Below are positions 1 through 8,344 of a stretch of DNA of 32,000 bases, in pieces. The first letter of the stretch is position 1. Every line of letters begins with the position of its first letter. Origin of the DNA: Candidatus Saccharimonadota bacterium (GTDB lineage Bacteria > Bacteroidota > Bacteroidia > Cytophagales > Amoebophilaceae). The position numbers and the translations under genes were made by a program. Below the pieces are notes generated by a model, which worked only from the letters and a program-made list of their open reading frames with translations, did no database searches and was not told where the DNA came from. The stretch is from contig NZ_OZ034918.1 in NCBI RefSeq assembly GCF_964030745.1, forward strand, positions 990,001-1,022,000, written 5' to 3'.

Positions 1-971
1 AGATAGTCTAAAGGAGCTAGCTTGCGCAAGAGATGTTTTCTGTAGGCGTCAGCGGTTGTTGCTTCCTTATCGATCAAATCCCATTTGTTGACTACCAATA
101 CCATGCCTTTCTTATACCGATGTGCGAGTGCAATAATCGAAATGTCTTGTGCTTCTATGCCATGCTGGGCGTCTATCATGATGACACAGATGTCAGCGTC
201 TTGCATCGCTTTTACAGCACGCAACACGGAATAAAATTCAATGGCATCTTTTACCCTGGACTTTTTGCGTATGCCTGCTGTATCGGTAAGGATAAACCTT
301 TTATTATAACGATTGTACTCCGTATCTATCGCATCCCTCGTGGTGCCAGAGACAGGGCTTACCATGCTTCTATTTTCATCTAATAGCACATTTAAAAAAG
401 ATGACTTGCCTACGTTTGGCCGGCCTAAAATGGTGAGCCTAGGCAGCTTATCTGCTGTTGCATCAACAGGGACTGATTCTTTTAAGTAAGGCAATAAAGC
501 ATCTAGCAAATCACCGGTTCCAGAACCATTGATGGCAGCTATGGGAAAGGGTGTGCCAAAGCCTAAGGCATAGAAACTGGGTGCAACCATTGCAGCCAGT
601 ACATTTTCGGCTTTATTGGCTACTACAAAAACGGGCTTATTGATTTTGCGTAAGATAGTTGCAAATTCCTTATCTGTATCGGTTAGGCCTTCTATGCAGT
701 CCACCATAAAGAGTACTACATTGGCTTGACCCAATGCGAGTTCAATCTGCTCCCGAATGCCATGTTCAAAGGTATGGTCTGTACCACACATATAACCACC
801 GGTATCTATAACGGTAAAGGATTTATCCCCCCACTGTGCATAACCATAATGGCGGTCACGGGTCGTATGAACAGATCCATCCATAATGGCTTTCCTTGCT
901 TCGATTAATCTGTTAAAAAAAGTAGACTTACCCACATTGGATCTTCCTACAATTGCAACAACATTTGCCAT
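1..971 (-). CDS. der: GTPase Der (EngA), 3'-partial; the C-terminus runs off the window start
   Basis: Absent from the supplied ORF track because it has no in-window stop. My reverse-strand translation from the ATG at 971-969 gives MANVVAIVGRSNVGKSTFFNRLIE... and stays open to position 1. It has two tandem GTPase domains: G1 GRSNVGKST and GRPNVGKSS, G3 DTGG and DTAG, G4 NKAE and NKWD. Confidence 0.9.
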   Translation of the reverse strand, partial: MANVVAIVGRSNVGKSTFFNRLIEARKAIMDGSVHTTRDRHYGYAQWGDKSFTVIDTGGYMCGTDHTFEHGIREQIELALGQANVVLFMVDCIEGLTDTDKEFATILRKINKPVFVVANKAENVLAAMVAPSFYALGFGTPFPIAAINGSGTGDLLDALLPYLKESVPVDATADKLPRLTILGRPNVGKSSFLNVLLDENRSMVSPVSGTTRDAIDTEYNRYNKRFILTDTAGIRKKSRVKDAIEFYSVLRAVKAMQDADICVIMIDAQHGIEAQDISIIALAHRYKKGMVLVVNKWDLIDKEATTADAYRKHLLRKLAPLDY

Positions 972-1157
972 AAAAAAGCGTTAAAATAAGTAATTTGAAG
1001 GCGACCATGGCGCCTAAATAACCTGGTACTTCTAGTGGATCATCCTATAACCTACATGATGTGGTACCTTTTTGTGGGGCGTAAGGGTGTAGTAGATGCC
1101 AGAAAGATTGTCTAAATTTAGAATAAATAATAGCTAAAAGCAAAAGTTGGCTGTAAT

Positions 1158-1296
1158 AGCCTTCTTGCCAAAGCTATTTGTGATGAGCAATTTTTAGGAG
1201 AAGCGCAGTCGAGCACCGGAGCATACTTAGATGTATTTGAGGAGCGTAGACTAGCTTCGACACCAAAATTGCCATCAGAAATAGCTTTCGAGGGCT
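1158..1296 (+). repeat. MITE-like palindromic repeat, copy A (boundaries approximate)
   Basis: About 90% identical over a ~120-nt core to 29292-29436 (same orientation) and to the reverse complement of 14434-14600. The arms aaagctatttgtgatgagcaatttt and aaaattgccatcagaaatagcttt are inverted repeats with one mismatch and one bulge. Weaker similarity to copy C extends about 20 nt further out on both sides. Confidence 0.8.
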
Positions 1297-2165
1297 TGCC
1301 ATTTTTGCAAGCAGATGGCAAGACTATCCAACCAATGGGGGATTTTAATCTGAAATACTGCTCGAAAGGAGGACTTGCTTAATACACTGTAGTAGGGTCT
1401 TTTAGGCGCTATTGCAGGGGAAGAAATGGGCACTAAGGCGCAACGACTGGGCACAGTAGTTAGAATAGCATGGGCAAAGTCATACCAACTGGCTACTCCC
1501 TCATTGGTATAGTGATAGATACCGGGTGGGTAGTGCGCTGGGCCATGGTTGTCTATTTTTTCAATGATCTTCCAAATGGCGGTTGCTAGGTCATAGACAT
1601 AGGTGGGGCTACCTATTTGGTCATCAACCATTTGAATGGTCTGGCCGCTCTGGGCCAATGCCACTATTTTTGTAAAAAAATTATTCCCTGTTTCGCCATA
1701 CAGCCAGGCTGTTCGAATGATGTAAAATTGGGCAGCATATGCAGCTATTTGTTGCTCTCCGGCTAGTTTGGACCGGCCATAGGTATTGCATGGACCAGTA
1801 GGGTCGTCTGGCTTTAATGGACGCCCTGTAGTAGCGCCAAAAACATAGTCTGTTGAGATATGAAAGAGTACAACATGGTGTTTTGCAGCTAATGCCGCCA
1901 ACTGGCCTGCTCCTATGCTATTTACTTTAAAACAGTGCTCGGCTGCTTGCTCTGCTCGCTGCACATCTGTATAGGCAGCACAGTTGATGATGTATCGGAT
2001 GGCATGTGTCTGGATGTAGGCTTCTATTTGGTCTGGATCAGTAATATCCATCATGGACTTACTGCAAAAGAGCGGCCTAAGCAAGGAATAGGTCGGAAAG
2101 GTTGCTTGTAATGCACTACCCAACAGACCTTCTGAACCGGTCACTAAAACAGTGGGGATAGACAT
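1275..2165 (-). CDS. rfbD: dTDP-4-dehydrorhamnose reductase (RmlD/RfbD)
   Basis: 296-aa ORF with an N-terminal Rossmann motif VLVTGSEGLLGSAL, plus STDYVF and YGRSKLAGE (YxxxK), typical of RmlD. The last ~7 codons and the stop lie inside repeat copy A. Confidence 0.85.
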   Translation of the reverse strand: MSIPTVLVTGSEGLLGSALQATFPTYSLLRPLFCSKSMMDITDPDQIEAYIQTHAIRYIINCAAYTDVQRAEQAAEHCFKVNSIGAGQLAALAAKHHVVLFHISTDYVFGATTGRPLKPDDPTGPCNTYGRSKLAGEQQIAAYAAQFYIIRTAWLYGETGNNFFTKIVALAQSGQTIQMVDDQIGSPTYVYDLATAIWKIIEKIDNHGPAHYPPGIYHYTNEGVASWYDFAHAILTTVPSRCALVPISSPAIAPKRPYYSVLSKSSFRAVFQIKIPHWLDSLAICLQKWQALESYF

Positions 2166-2183
2166 GGGTGCTGTCCTAATGAT

Positions 2184-3107
2184 CTACTTGAGTTGCGCAA
2201 TATAAGAATGAGATAGACCAGTTAACTGAAGAACCCGTTCTATCGATTCTCCTTCTGATAAAAGTAGTCTGGCTATTTCTAGCTTGCCTTCTAGTTTACC
2301 TTTTTCTTCCCCTATTTGGATGCCTTCTAGTTTACCTTTTTCTTCCCCTATTCGGATGCCTTGTTCTTTTGCTTCCCTTTGAACTTTTTCTAATGTATTG
2401 GCTTCTATTCTGAGCCACTTCAAGTGGTCTTCATAAGCCATCCTTTCCTCATCAGTAAAATTCATCGTCTCTAAGACATACAAAGCCTTTTTTAGGCTAT
2501 TATTATTTAGCAACTCAGGCAAATTGTCTTTGTTGAGTAAATCGTTTCTAGTAAGAAAAGCGGTCCAGATATCTAGTCCGTTTTGTATCTTTCTCAATAA
2601 GCTTTTTAGATCTTCATTGGGGTCGCTACTGAACTTACTCAGTTCTATGGTGTGCAATTCTAAATCGGTAAAGTCAGGCAGTCCACTCTCTTTTTCTGTG
2701 ATATGGAATACATTATGATACTTCTTATTATCTGTGATAGAAATAAAATTAAGAATGTGAATGCCTATTGCTTTATTCAAACTACCATAACTATGAGCAG
2801 ATTGTAATTGTTCTGTATACAACTTGGCCCAGTAATATAAAGCCCGCTTATCATAATCTGATTCATCTGTGATTTGAATTTCTATATTAAATCTTTTTCC
2901 TGTTTCTCCTACTGCTTTAATATCTAATATAGATAGTTTATCTGTTCTAAAATTTTTTGGATTATAGGGGTTCAATAGGGTAACATCCACCACTTGATCT
3001 TCCGGTGCAACAGTCGCATTTATTAAGGCAATCAGTAGATCCTTATTTTCTTCTACACCAAATATTTTTTTGAACGCTAAATCTACTTTTGGGGTAATTT
3101 TTTCCAT
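2184..3107 (-). CDS. Rpn/YhgA-like PD-(D/E)XK recombination-promoting nuclease / putative transposase
   Basis: 307-aa ORF. The N-terminus KVDLAFKKIFG..., the nuclease core ILDI (D62) and NIEIQ (E76, Q78), and the C-terminal HTH-like LLLSEGESIERVLQLTGLS match the YhgA/Rpn (TIGR01784-type) family from memory. There are no frameshifts. Confidence 0.8.
   Translation of the reverse strand: MEKITPKVDLAFKKIFGVEENKDLLIALINATVAPEDQVVDVTLLNPYNPKNFRTDKLSILDIKAVGETGKRFNIEIQITDESDYDKRALYYWAKLYTEQLQSAHSYGSLNKAIGIHILNFISITDNKKYHNVFHITEKESGLPDFTDLELHTIELSKFSSDPNEDLKSLLRKIQNGLDIWTAFLTRNDLLNKDNLPELLNNNSLKKALYVLETMNFTDEERMAYEDHLKWLRIEANTLEKVQREAKEQGIRIGEEKGKLEGIQIGEEKGKLEGKLEIARLLLSEGESIERVLQLTGLSHSYIAQLK
2286..2357. 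repeat. 36-bp tandem duplication (x2) inside the Rpn-family CDS
   Basis: gccttctagtttacctttttcttcccctatttggat is followed directly by gccttctagtttacctttttcttcccctattcggat. It is in frame and encodes the duplicated peptide I(R/Q)IGEEKGKLEG. Confidence 0.9.
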
Positions 3108-3160
3108 AGCTTAATTTTACTGCGTGCCAAATTTCTTTATCGGCGGTTGCAATATAAGGT

Positions 3161-3466
3161 TTACACTTTAATTTCAACCTCTACGCCACTAGGCAGCTCT
3201 AGCTTGGTTAATGCATCTACCGCTTTTGAACTGCTGGAATAAATGTCGATCAACCTTTTATGCGTGCAAAGCTGAAATTGCTCGCGCGACTTTTTATTTA
3301 CATGTGGAGAACGTAGTACCGTATATACCTCTTTTTTACCTGGAAGTGGAATGGGACCATTTACTACTGTTTTGGTAGCTTTTACAGCCCTAACAATGCT
3401 ATCTGCCGATTTATCTAAGAGGGCAGCATCAAATGATTTAAGCTTGATTCGAATTTTTTGGTTCAT
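3161..3466 (-). CDS. rpsJ: 30S ribosomal protein S10
   Basis: 101-aa [16 protein letters not shown]...[14 protein letters not shown]..., a canonical S10 sequence, lying 26 nt downstream of fusA. Confidence 0.95.
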   Translation of the reverse strand: MNQKIRIKLKSFDAALLDKSADSIVRAVKATKTVVNGPIPLPGKKEVYTVLRSPHVNKKSREQFQLCTHKRLIDIYSSSSKAVDALTKLELPSGVEVEIKV

Positions 3467-3492
3467 GATGTTTGGTTGCTATATTTAGAATA

Positions 3493-5634
3493 CTATACCG
3501 TTATGCCTTTTGCCTTGTTGATAACAGCTTCTGCTAAGTTTTTAGGGACTGGCTCATAATGCGAAAAAGTTAATGAAGCAGACGCCCTCCCTGAGGTAAT
3601 GGTTCTAAGGTCGGTAACATAGCCAAATAGCTCTGCTAATGGCACCTCTGCTTTAACAATTTGTGCGCCGCCTTTTCCATGCATGCCTTTCATAATACCT
3701 CTTCTTCTATTAAGATCTCCTGTTACCGGACCTGTAAACTCGTCAGGGGTAGCTACTTCTACAGACATAATGGGTTCCAAAAGTACAGGAGAAGCCTTCT
3801 GCGCGGCAGCCCTAAAACCAGCTCTGGCGGCTAATTCGAAAGATAAAGAATCTGAGTCAACGTCATGATAGGAGCCATGAAAGATTTTAACCCGCATCGA
3901 TTCTACAGGATAGTTTGCCAGTGGTCCATTCTCCATAGCTGCTGTAAATCCTTTTTGAATGGCTGGAATAAACTCTTTGGGAATAACCCCTCCAACAATC
4001 TTATTCACAAATTCCAATCCTGGCTTAACGGGTTCGCCCTCCACAAGCTCTCTAGGTCCTATCTCAAAAACAATATCTGCAAATTTACCCCTACCACCTG
4101 TTTGTTTCTTATAAACTTCTTTGTGTTCTACAGTAGCGGTAAGCGCTTCCTTATAGGCAACTTGTGGTGCGCCTTGGTTGATTTCAAGTTTAAATTCGCG
4201 CTTAAGCCGGTCAATAATAATTTCTAGGTGTAACTCACCCATGCCTTTTAGAATGGTTTGCCCAGTTTCATGGCTGGTTTCCATGCGTAAGGTTGGGTCT
4301 TCTTCCATGAGCTTGGCAATGGATAGGGTTAATTTATCCTGGTCTGCTTGTTTTTTAGGCTCAATAGAGTACCCGATTACCGGCTCTGGAAAGGTGATGG
4401 CTTCTAATATGGCTTTTTGCTTTTCATTGGTTAATGTATCGCCGGTTTTAATCTCTTTGAAGCCTACTACTGCACAGATGTCTCCTGCTTGTACTGCGTT
4501 AATAGGATTTTGTTTGTTGGCATGCATTTGCATCAAACGGGCAATGCGCTCTTTTTTGCCGGTTCTATTGTTGTGAACGTAAGATCCAGCATCTAGGCTG
4601 CCTGAGTAGACACGCAAAAAGGCTAGCCTGCCTACAAACGGATCAGTTGCAATTTTAAAGGCTAGTGCGGTAAAGGGTTCACTGTTCTCTGGCTTTCTAA
4701 GCATGACTGCTCCCGTATCTGGATGGGTGCATTCTACTGGAGGTAGATCTAGTGGAGAAGGTAGGTAGGCACATGCTGCATCTAAGAGTGCTTGAACACC
4801 CTTGTTTTTAAAAGCAGAACCGCAGAGGACAGGGGAAAAAGAGAGGTCGATAACCGCTTTGCGAATGGCTGCTCTGATTTCATCTGGTGTAATGGTATCT
4901 GGATGATCAAAGAATTTTTCCATTAATGCTTCGTCATAACTGGCTACACTCTCAATGAGGTTTTGACGCCACTCTGCAACCGTTTCTACCAAATCTTCGG
5001 GAATAGGTATTACTTGGTAGGTCATACCTAAGTCATTTTCGTTCCAAACGATCGCTTCATTGGTAATCAGGTCTACTACCCCTTTAAAGGCTGTTTCACT
5101 GCCAATAGGAATTTGTAATGGAACGGGATTGGTACCTAGTTTTTCTTTGATTTCATTCAGCGCATTAAAGAAGTTGGCACCAGCTCTATCCATTTTGTTT
5201 ACAAAACAGATGCGGGGTACCCTGTATTTATCGGCTTGACGCCAAACAGTTTCAGACTGAGGCTCTACACCAGATACAGCACAAAATAAAGCAATGGCAC
5301 CATCCAATACACGTAAAGAACGCTCTACCTCTACGGTAAAGTCTACGTGGCCTGGTGTATCGATGATGTTGATTTTATAGGTTTGAGTCTTGTCATTTGC
5401 TTTGCCCTGTATGGTTGGATATTTCCAAAATGTAGTGGTGGCAGCAGAGGTAATGGTAATCCCCCGTTCTTGCTCTTGAGCCATCCAATCCATTACAGCT
5501 CCTCCGTCATGTACTTCCCCTATTTTGTGGGTTAGACCGGTATAATATAGAATGCGCTCCGTGGTGGTTGTTTTACCAGCATCAATATGGGCCATGATGC
5601 CTATATTTCTTAAAAAGGTTAGTTCGTTTGCCAT
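3493..5634 (-). CDS. fusA: Translation elongation factor G
   Basis: 713-aa ORF with G1 [17 protein letters not shown] and NKMD. Its start codon abuts the rpsG stop (TAA then ATG, no spacer). Confidence 0.97.
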   Translation of the reverse strand: MANELTFLRNIGIMAHIDAGKTTTTERILYYTGLTHKIGEVHDGGAVMDWMAQEQERGITITSAATTTFWKYPTIQGKANDKTQTYKINIIDTPGHVDFTVEVERSLRVLDGAIALFCAVSGVEPQSETVWRQADKYRVPRICFVNKMDRAGANFFNALNEIKEKLGTNPVPLQIPIGSETAFKGVVDLITNEAIVWNENDLGMTYQVIPIPEDLVETVAEWRQNLIESVASYDEALMEKFFDHPDTITPDEIRAAIRKAVIDLSFSPVLCGSAFKNKGVQALLDAACAYLPSPLDLPPVECTHPDTGAVMLRKPENSEPFTALAFKIATDPFVGRLAFLRVYSGSLDAGSYVHNNRTGKKERIARLMQMHANKQNPINAVQAGDICAVVGFKEIKTGDTLTNEKQKAILEAITFPEPVIGYSIEPKKQADQDKLTLSIAKLMEEDPTLRMETSHETGQTILKGMGELHLEIIIDRLKREFKLEINQGAPQVAYKEALTATVEHKEVYKKQTGGRGKFADIVFEIGPRELVEGEPVKPGLEFVNKIVGGVIPKEFIPAIQKGFTAAMENGPLANYPVESMRVKIFHGSYHDVDSDSLSFELAARAGFRAAAQKASPVLLEPIMSVEVATPDEFTGPVTGDLNRRRGIMKGMHGKGGAQIVKAEVPLAELFGYVTDLRTITSGRASASLTFSHYEPVPKNLAEAVINKAKGITV

Positions 5635-6105
5635 TTATCTCAAGTTAAAATGTGAGAAGGCTCTGTTTGAACTTGCCATTTTATGGGTGTCTACTTTACG
5701 TTTGAAAGCACCTCCCTCTTCCTTAGCAGCTGCAATAATTTCGTTGGTTAGTCTTTCTTTCATAGTCTTTTCTCCACGGGATCTTGCATAGTCAATCAGC
5801 CATTTCATGCCTAAAAATATCCTTCTGTCTGGCCGTATTTCAATAGGAACTTGAAGGGTAGCCCCTCCAACACGCCTCCGTTTGACCTCTAAAGTGGGGG
5901 TTACATTATGCAGCGCTTTGCGCCAAACTTCTAAACCTTCTTCTTGTGTCTTTTGGGAGACCGAGGCAATGGTATCATAAAAAATACTGAAAGCAAGGCT
6001 TTTCTTTCCTTGTTGCATCAATCCGTTTACAAATCTAGTTACTAACGGATCTCCATATTTATAGTCAGGTGCTAATACTCTTTTTATAGCTTGTTTCCTT
6101 CTCAT
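5635..6105 (-). CDS. rpsG: 30S ribosomal protein S7
   Basis: 156-aa ORF with S7-typical DPLVTRFVN..., GKKSLA and a ...NRAFSHF C-terminus, positioned between rpsL and fusA. Confidence 0.95.
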   Translation of the reverse strand: MRRKQAIKRVLAPDYKYGDPLVTRFVNGLMQQGKKSLAFSIFYDTIASVSQKTQEEGLEVWRKALHNVTPTLEVKRRRVGGATLQVPIEIRPDRRIFLGMKWLIDYARSRGEKTMKERLTNEIIAAAKEEGGAFKRKVDTHKMASSNRAFSHFNLR

Positions 6106-6125
6106 ATTATTCCTTGGTATTAAAT

Positions 6126-6503
6126 TTATTTTTTCTTAGGCTTCTTGGTTCCATATACGGACCTTGCTTGACACCTTCCACTAACACCTGAAGTATCCAA
6201 CACGCCACGAATAATAGAGTAGCTGACGCCTGATAAGTCTTTTACACCTCCTCCTCTAATCAGGACGATAGAGTGCTCTTGTAGGTTATGGCCTTCTCCA
6301 GGAATGTAGGTGTTGATTTCTTTCCCTGTTGTTAAGCGCACTCTAGCTACTTTCTTCATAGAGGAGTTTGGCTTTCTTGGCTTCATAGTATAAACTTTGA
6401 CGCATACGCCCCGCCGTTGTGGACAGGAGGAAAGCGCTGGAGATTTTGATGAAGAAGAGGGTTTTTTTCTACCTTTTCTTACGAGCTGTTGTATGGTTAA
6501 CAT
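6126..6503 (-). CDS. rpsL: 30S ribosomal protein S12 (atypical residues at streptomycin-site positions)
   Basis: 125-aa ORF that aligns position for position with E. coli S12: CPQRRGVC..., [11 protein letters not shown] and GGxVKDL. Confidence 0.95.
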   Translation of the reverse strand: MLTIQQLVRKGRKKPSSSSKSPALSSCPQRRGVCVKVYTMKPRKPNSSMKKVARVRLTTGKEINTYIPGEGHNLQEHSIVLIRGGGVKDLSGVSYSIIRGVLDTSGVSGRCQARSVYGTKKPKKK

Positions 6504-6541
6504 GTACTACTTATAATTTTTGTTTTACACCTAGAGGTGTG

Positions 6542-6573
6542 CAAATTTAAAAAATTTATGGACCTTTATCAAA
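6542..6573 (-). promoter_or_regulatory. Candidate Bacteroidota-type promoter for the rpsL operon
   Basis: On the minus strand there is TTTG (6573-6570), a 20-nt spacer, then TAAATTTG (6549-6542). This fits the Bacteroidota -33 TTTG / -7 TAnnTTTG consensus and lies about 38 nt upstream of the rpsL ATG. A short palindrome acacctagaggtgt (6527-6540) falls in the predicted leader. Confidence 0.35.
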
Positions 6574-7236
6574 AGCTTGGATCGCTATTTGCGGTCTGCT
6601 ACCGGTCTATTATATAAATTTAGGCATTAATATTGATTATTTCTAATATTAGATCCCTTTTGAAAGCTGTTTGTGGTGTGCCATTTCTAGCAACAGTAGA
6701 CTCTCTGCGAAACTTGAGGCCCATTTACATGCCCAAGAAACATATGCTTCTTAGGCTTTTTGGGGTCATTTTTTAAGCTTATAAGTTCAGATTTTGTAAC
6801 CATTTTCCTTAAAAACACACTAAAAATTTTTCCTATAGTCATCATCCGTAACCAATATATTCTTTCGCAGATTTTCTATATATATGACTGATTTGCAATA
6901 AGTATAGGAAGTTTTCAATATCTTTTATCGGTTTCCATAAGTGCTGTGTATACCAATACTCCATGTAAAAAATGCTGTTCTATGTAATAGTCAATAATAT
7001 TTATGTCTTAAATGGACGCTATTGACTGTTCGTTTGCGCTGCGGCCTGATCATCTGAGCTTTACCCTTTAGATAAGCCCGTCAATAGGTTTCAGCATCTT
7101 GATTTCTTGTGATACTGCTATGCGAGCTGTAGGCTTCTAACTTTTGACCTAGTAGAACTTTCACCTACTGGCACATACTAGTCTCACTGGGCACACATAT
7201 CTTTTCCTCTTTAGCGCAATTCTAGCGCTTTCTTAT

Positions 7237-7953
7237 CTAGGAACGGCTCAGCTTAATGATTTCTTCCAGAAGTTCGAGTTCTTCTTCAACTCGATATTGA
7301 AGGATATTACGTAGTAAATAAATAGTTTTGTAAGACTGATCAATTAGCTCAACTTGATTACAAAGTTTGGTATAAGCATCCTTTTGATGCTGTTGAATAT
7401 GTTGAATATATGGTAAACGGAAATTAATATTCGGTTGATTCATTGGGCTTGCTATTTTCAGAATCTCATTATGTTTATCACAAACCATCTTTTCAGCATC
7501 TTTACATTGATTATAAGCATTGTTAGCAGCAAACTTAATACGATAGGCCTTGTTTGAAAATTTTTCAAAACTATCAAAACGGACCATGTGCACAAGTTTT
7601 TTAAAACGTTCTGACTCTTTACTATGCGAAGCTACTGCATCTTGTACGTTAGTCAGAACGTCTTCTTTATGAGACTTATAATTTTCAACAAGGCTATCGA
7701 TACCATCAGCTATACAATTAATGTGATCATATACACATCGTGCTCTCGCAGCTTTAGTGGCAGCCATATCAACATTAGTTTGAGAATTCTTACACGGATC
7801 ATTATTAGTTCTGAACCACGCAAAACTAGTTCTGAACCACGCAAAAAATTTTTGATAAGGATTAATCGCATAACCTGGATTGTCTATTTTGTTACACCCA
7901 GCTATTCCCATTATATAACAACATAATAGAACTTTAAATTTATTCTTGTTCAT
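7237..7953 (-). CDS. Hypothetical lipoprotein (orphan, predicted helical)
   Basis: 238-aa ORF with a lipoprotein-type signal MNKNKFKVLLCCYIMGIAGC (lipobox IAGC). I recognise no family. It is flanked by long AT-rich non-coding DNA on both sides. Confidence 0.5.
   Translation of the reverse strand: MNKNKFKVLLCCYIMGIAGCNKIDNPGYAINPYQKFFAWFRTSFAWFRTNNDPCKNSQTNVDMAATKAARARCVYDHINCIADGIDSLVENYKSHKEDVLTNVQDAVASHSKESERFKKLVHMVRFDSFEKFSNKAYRIKFAANNAYNQCKDAEKMVCDKHNEILKIASPMNQPNINFRLPYIQHIQQHQKDAYTKLCNQVELIDQSYKTIYLLRNILQYRVEEELELLEEIIKLSRS
7807..7848. repeat. 21-bp tandem duplication (x2) inside the lipoprotein CDS
   Basis: agttctgaaccacgcaaaact is followed by agttctgaaccacgcaaaaaa. It is in frame and gives the duplicated peptide FAWFRT(S/N). 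Confidence 0.9.
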
Positions 7954-8344
7954 TTTTATTTAGTTTAATTTAAAATTAAGCTAATTTTTGCTATTATGAT
8001 TTTAATTTTAAGAAATTAGCATTAACCCATATTACAGAATATATAAATAGTTACGTTAATATAACGTATAACTTATATGGGGTGCCAAATACCATAATAT
8101 TAAGAGGTGTTTATGGGGATGATCTATCCAAAATAGACTAAAATTAGCCTGAAAATCAACAAATAATAGGATTTGTACCACAAGAGTATCAAAAATAACC
8201 CTAGAAGCGTAGTAAAAAACTATACTATCAATCTATCACAATGGCCCCAATGTGCGCCTGATGATACAAAATTGTTTAACCAATTTTGTTTTCTGTATGC
8301 TAGAGACATAACTAATGTATGAACGTCAGTTCTGGATTAGACTT

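Noticed and set aside
33-908. Plus-strand ORFs 33-383 (116 aa) and 726-908 (60 aa)
   Set aside because: Both lie antisense to the clearly recognisable der (EngA) reading frame and have Cys/His/Phe-rich, low-complexity translations. They are shadow ORFs.
1118-1321. 67-aa ORF (minus strand) across repeat copy A, and the analogous 61-aa ORF at 14379-14564 across copy B
   Set aside because: The reading frames and peptides are not conserved between repeat copies, and copy C has no equivalent ORF in the track. The repeat is better explained as non-coding.
3467-3492. No tuf gene between fusA and rpsJ
   Set aside because: This is the normal arrangement in Bacteroidota, where tuf lies elsewhere, so it is not an anomaly. 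The real anomaly is the missing rplC after rpsJ.
3683-5791. Plus-strand ORFs inside fusA and rpsG (3683-3868, 3865-4227, 4178-4576, 5347-5535, 5552-5791)
   Set aside because: They run antisense to highly conserved EF-G and S7 coding sequence and I recognise no motifs in them. They are typical shadow ORFs.
8311-8341. Similarity between ctaatgtatgaacgtcagttctggatta (8311-8338) and ctaatgtgcgttctggatta (16366-16385)
   Set aside because: The match is only about 20 nt and has gaps. It could be IS-flank debris, but it is too short to distinguish from chance without a genome-wide search.
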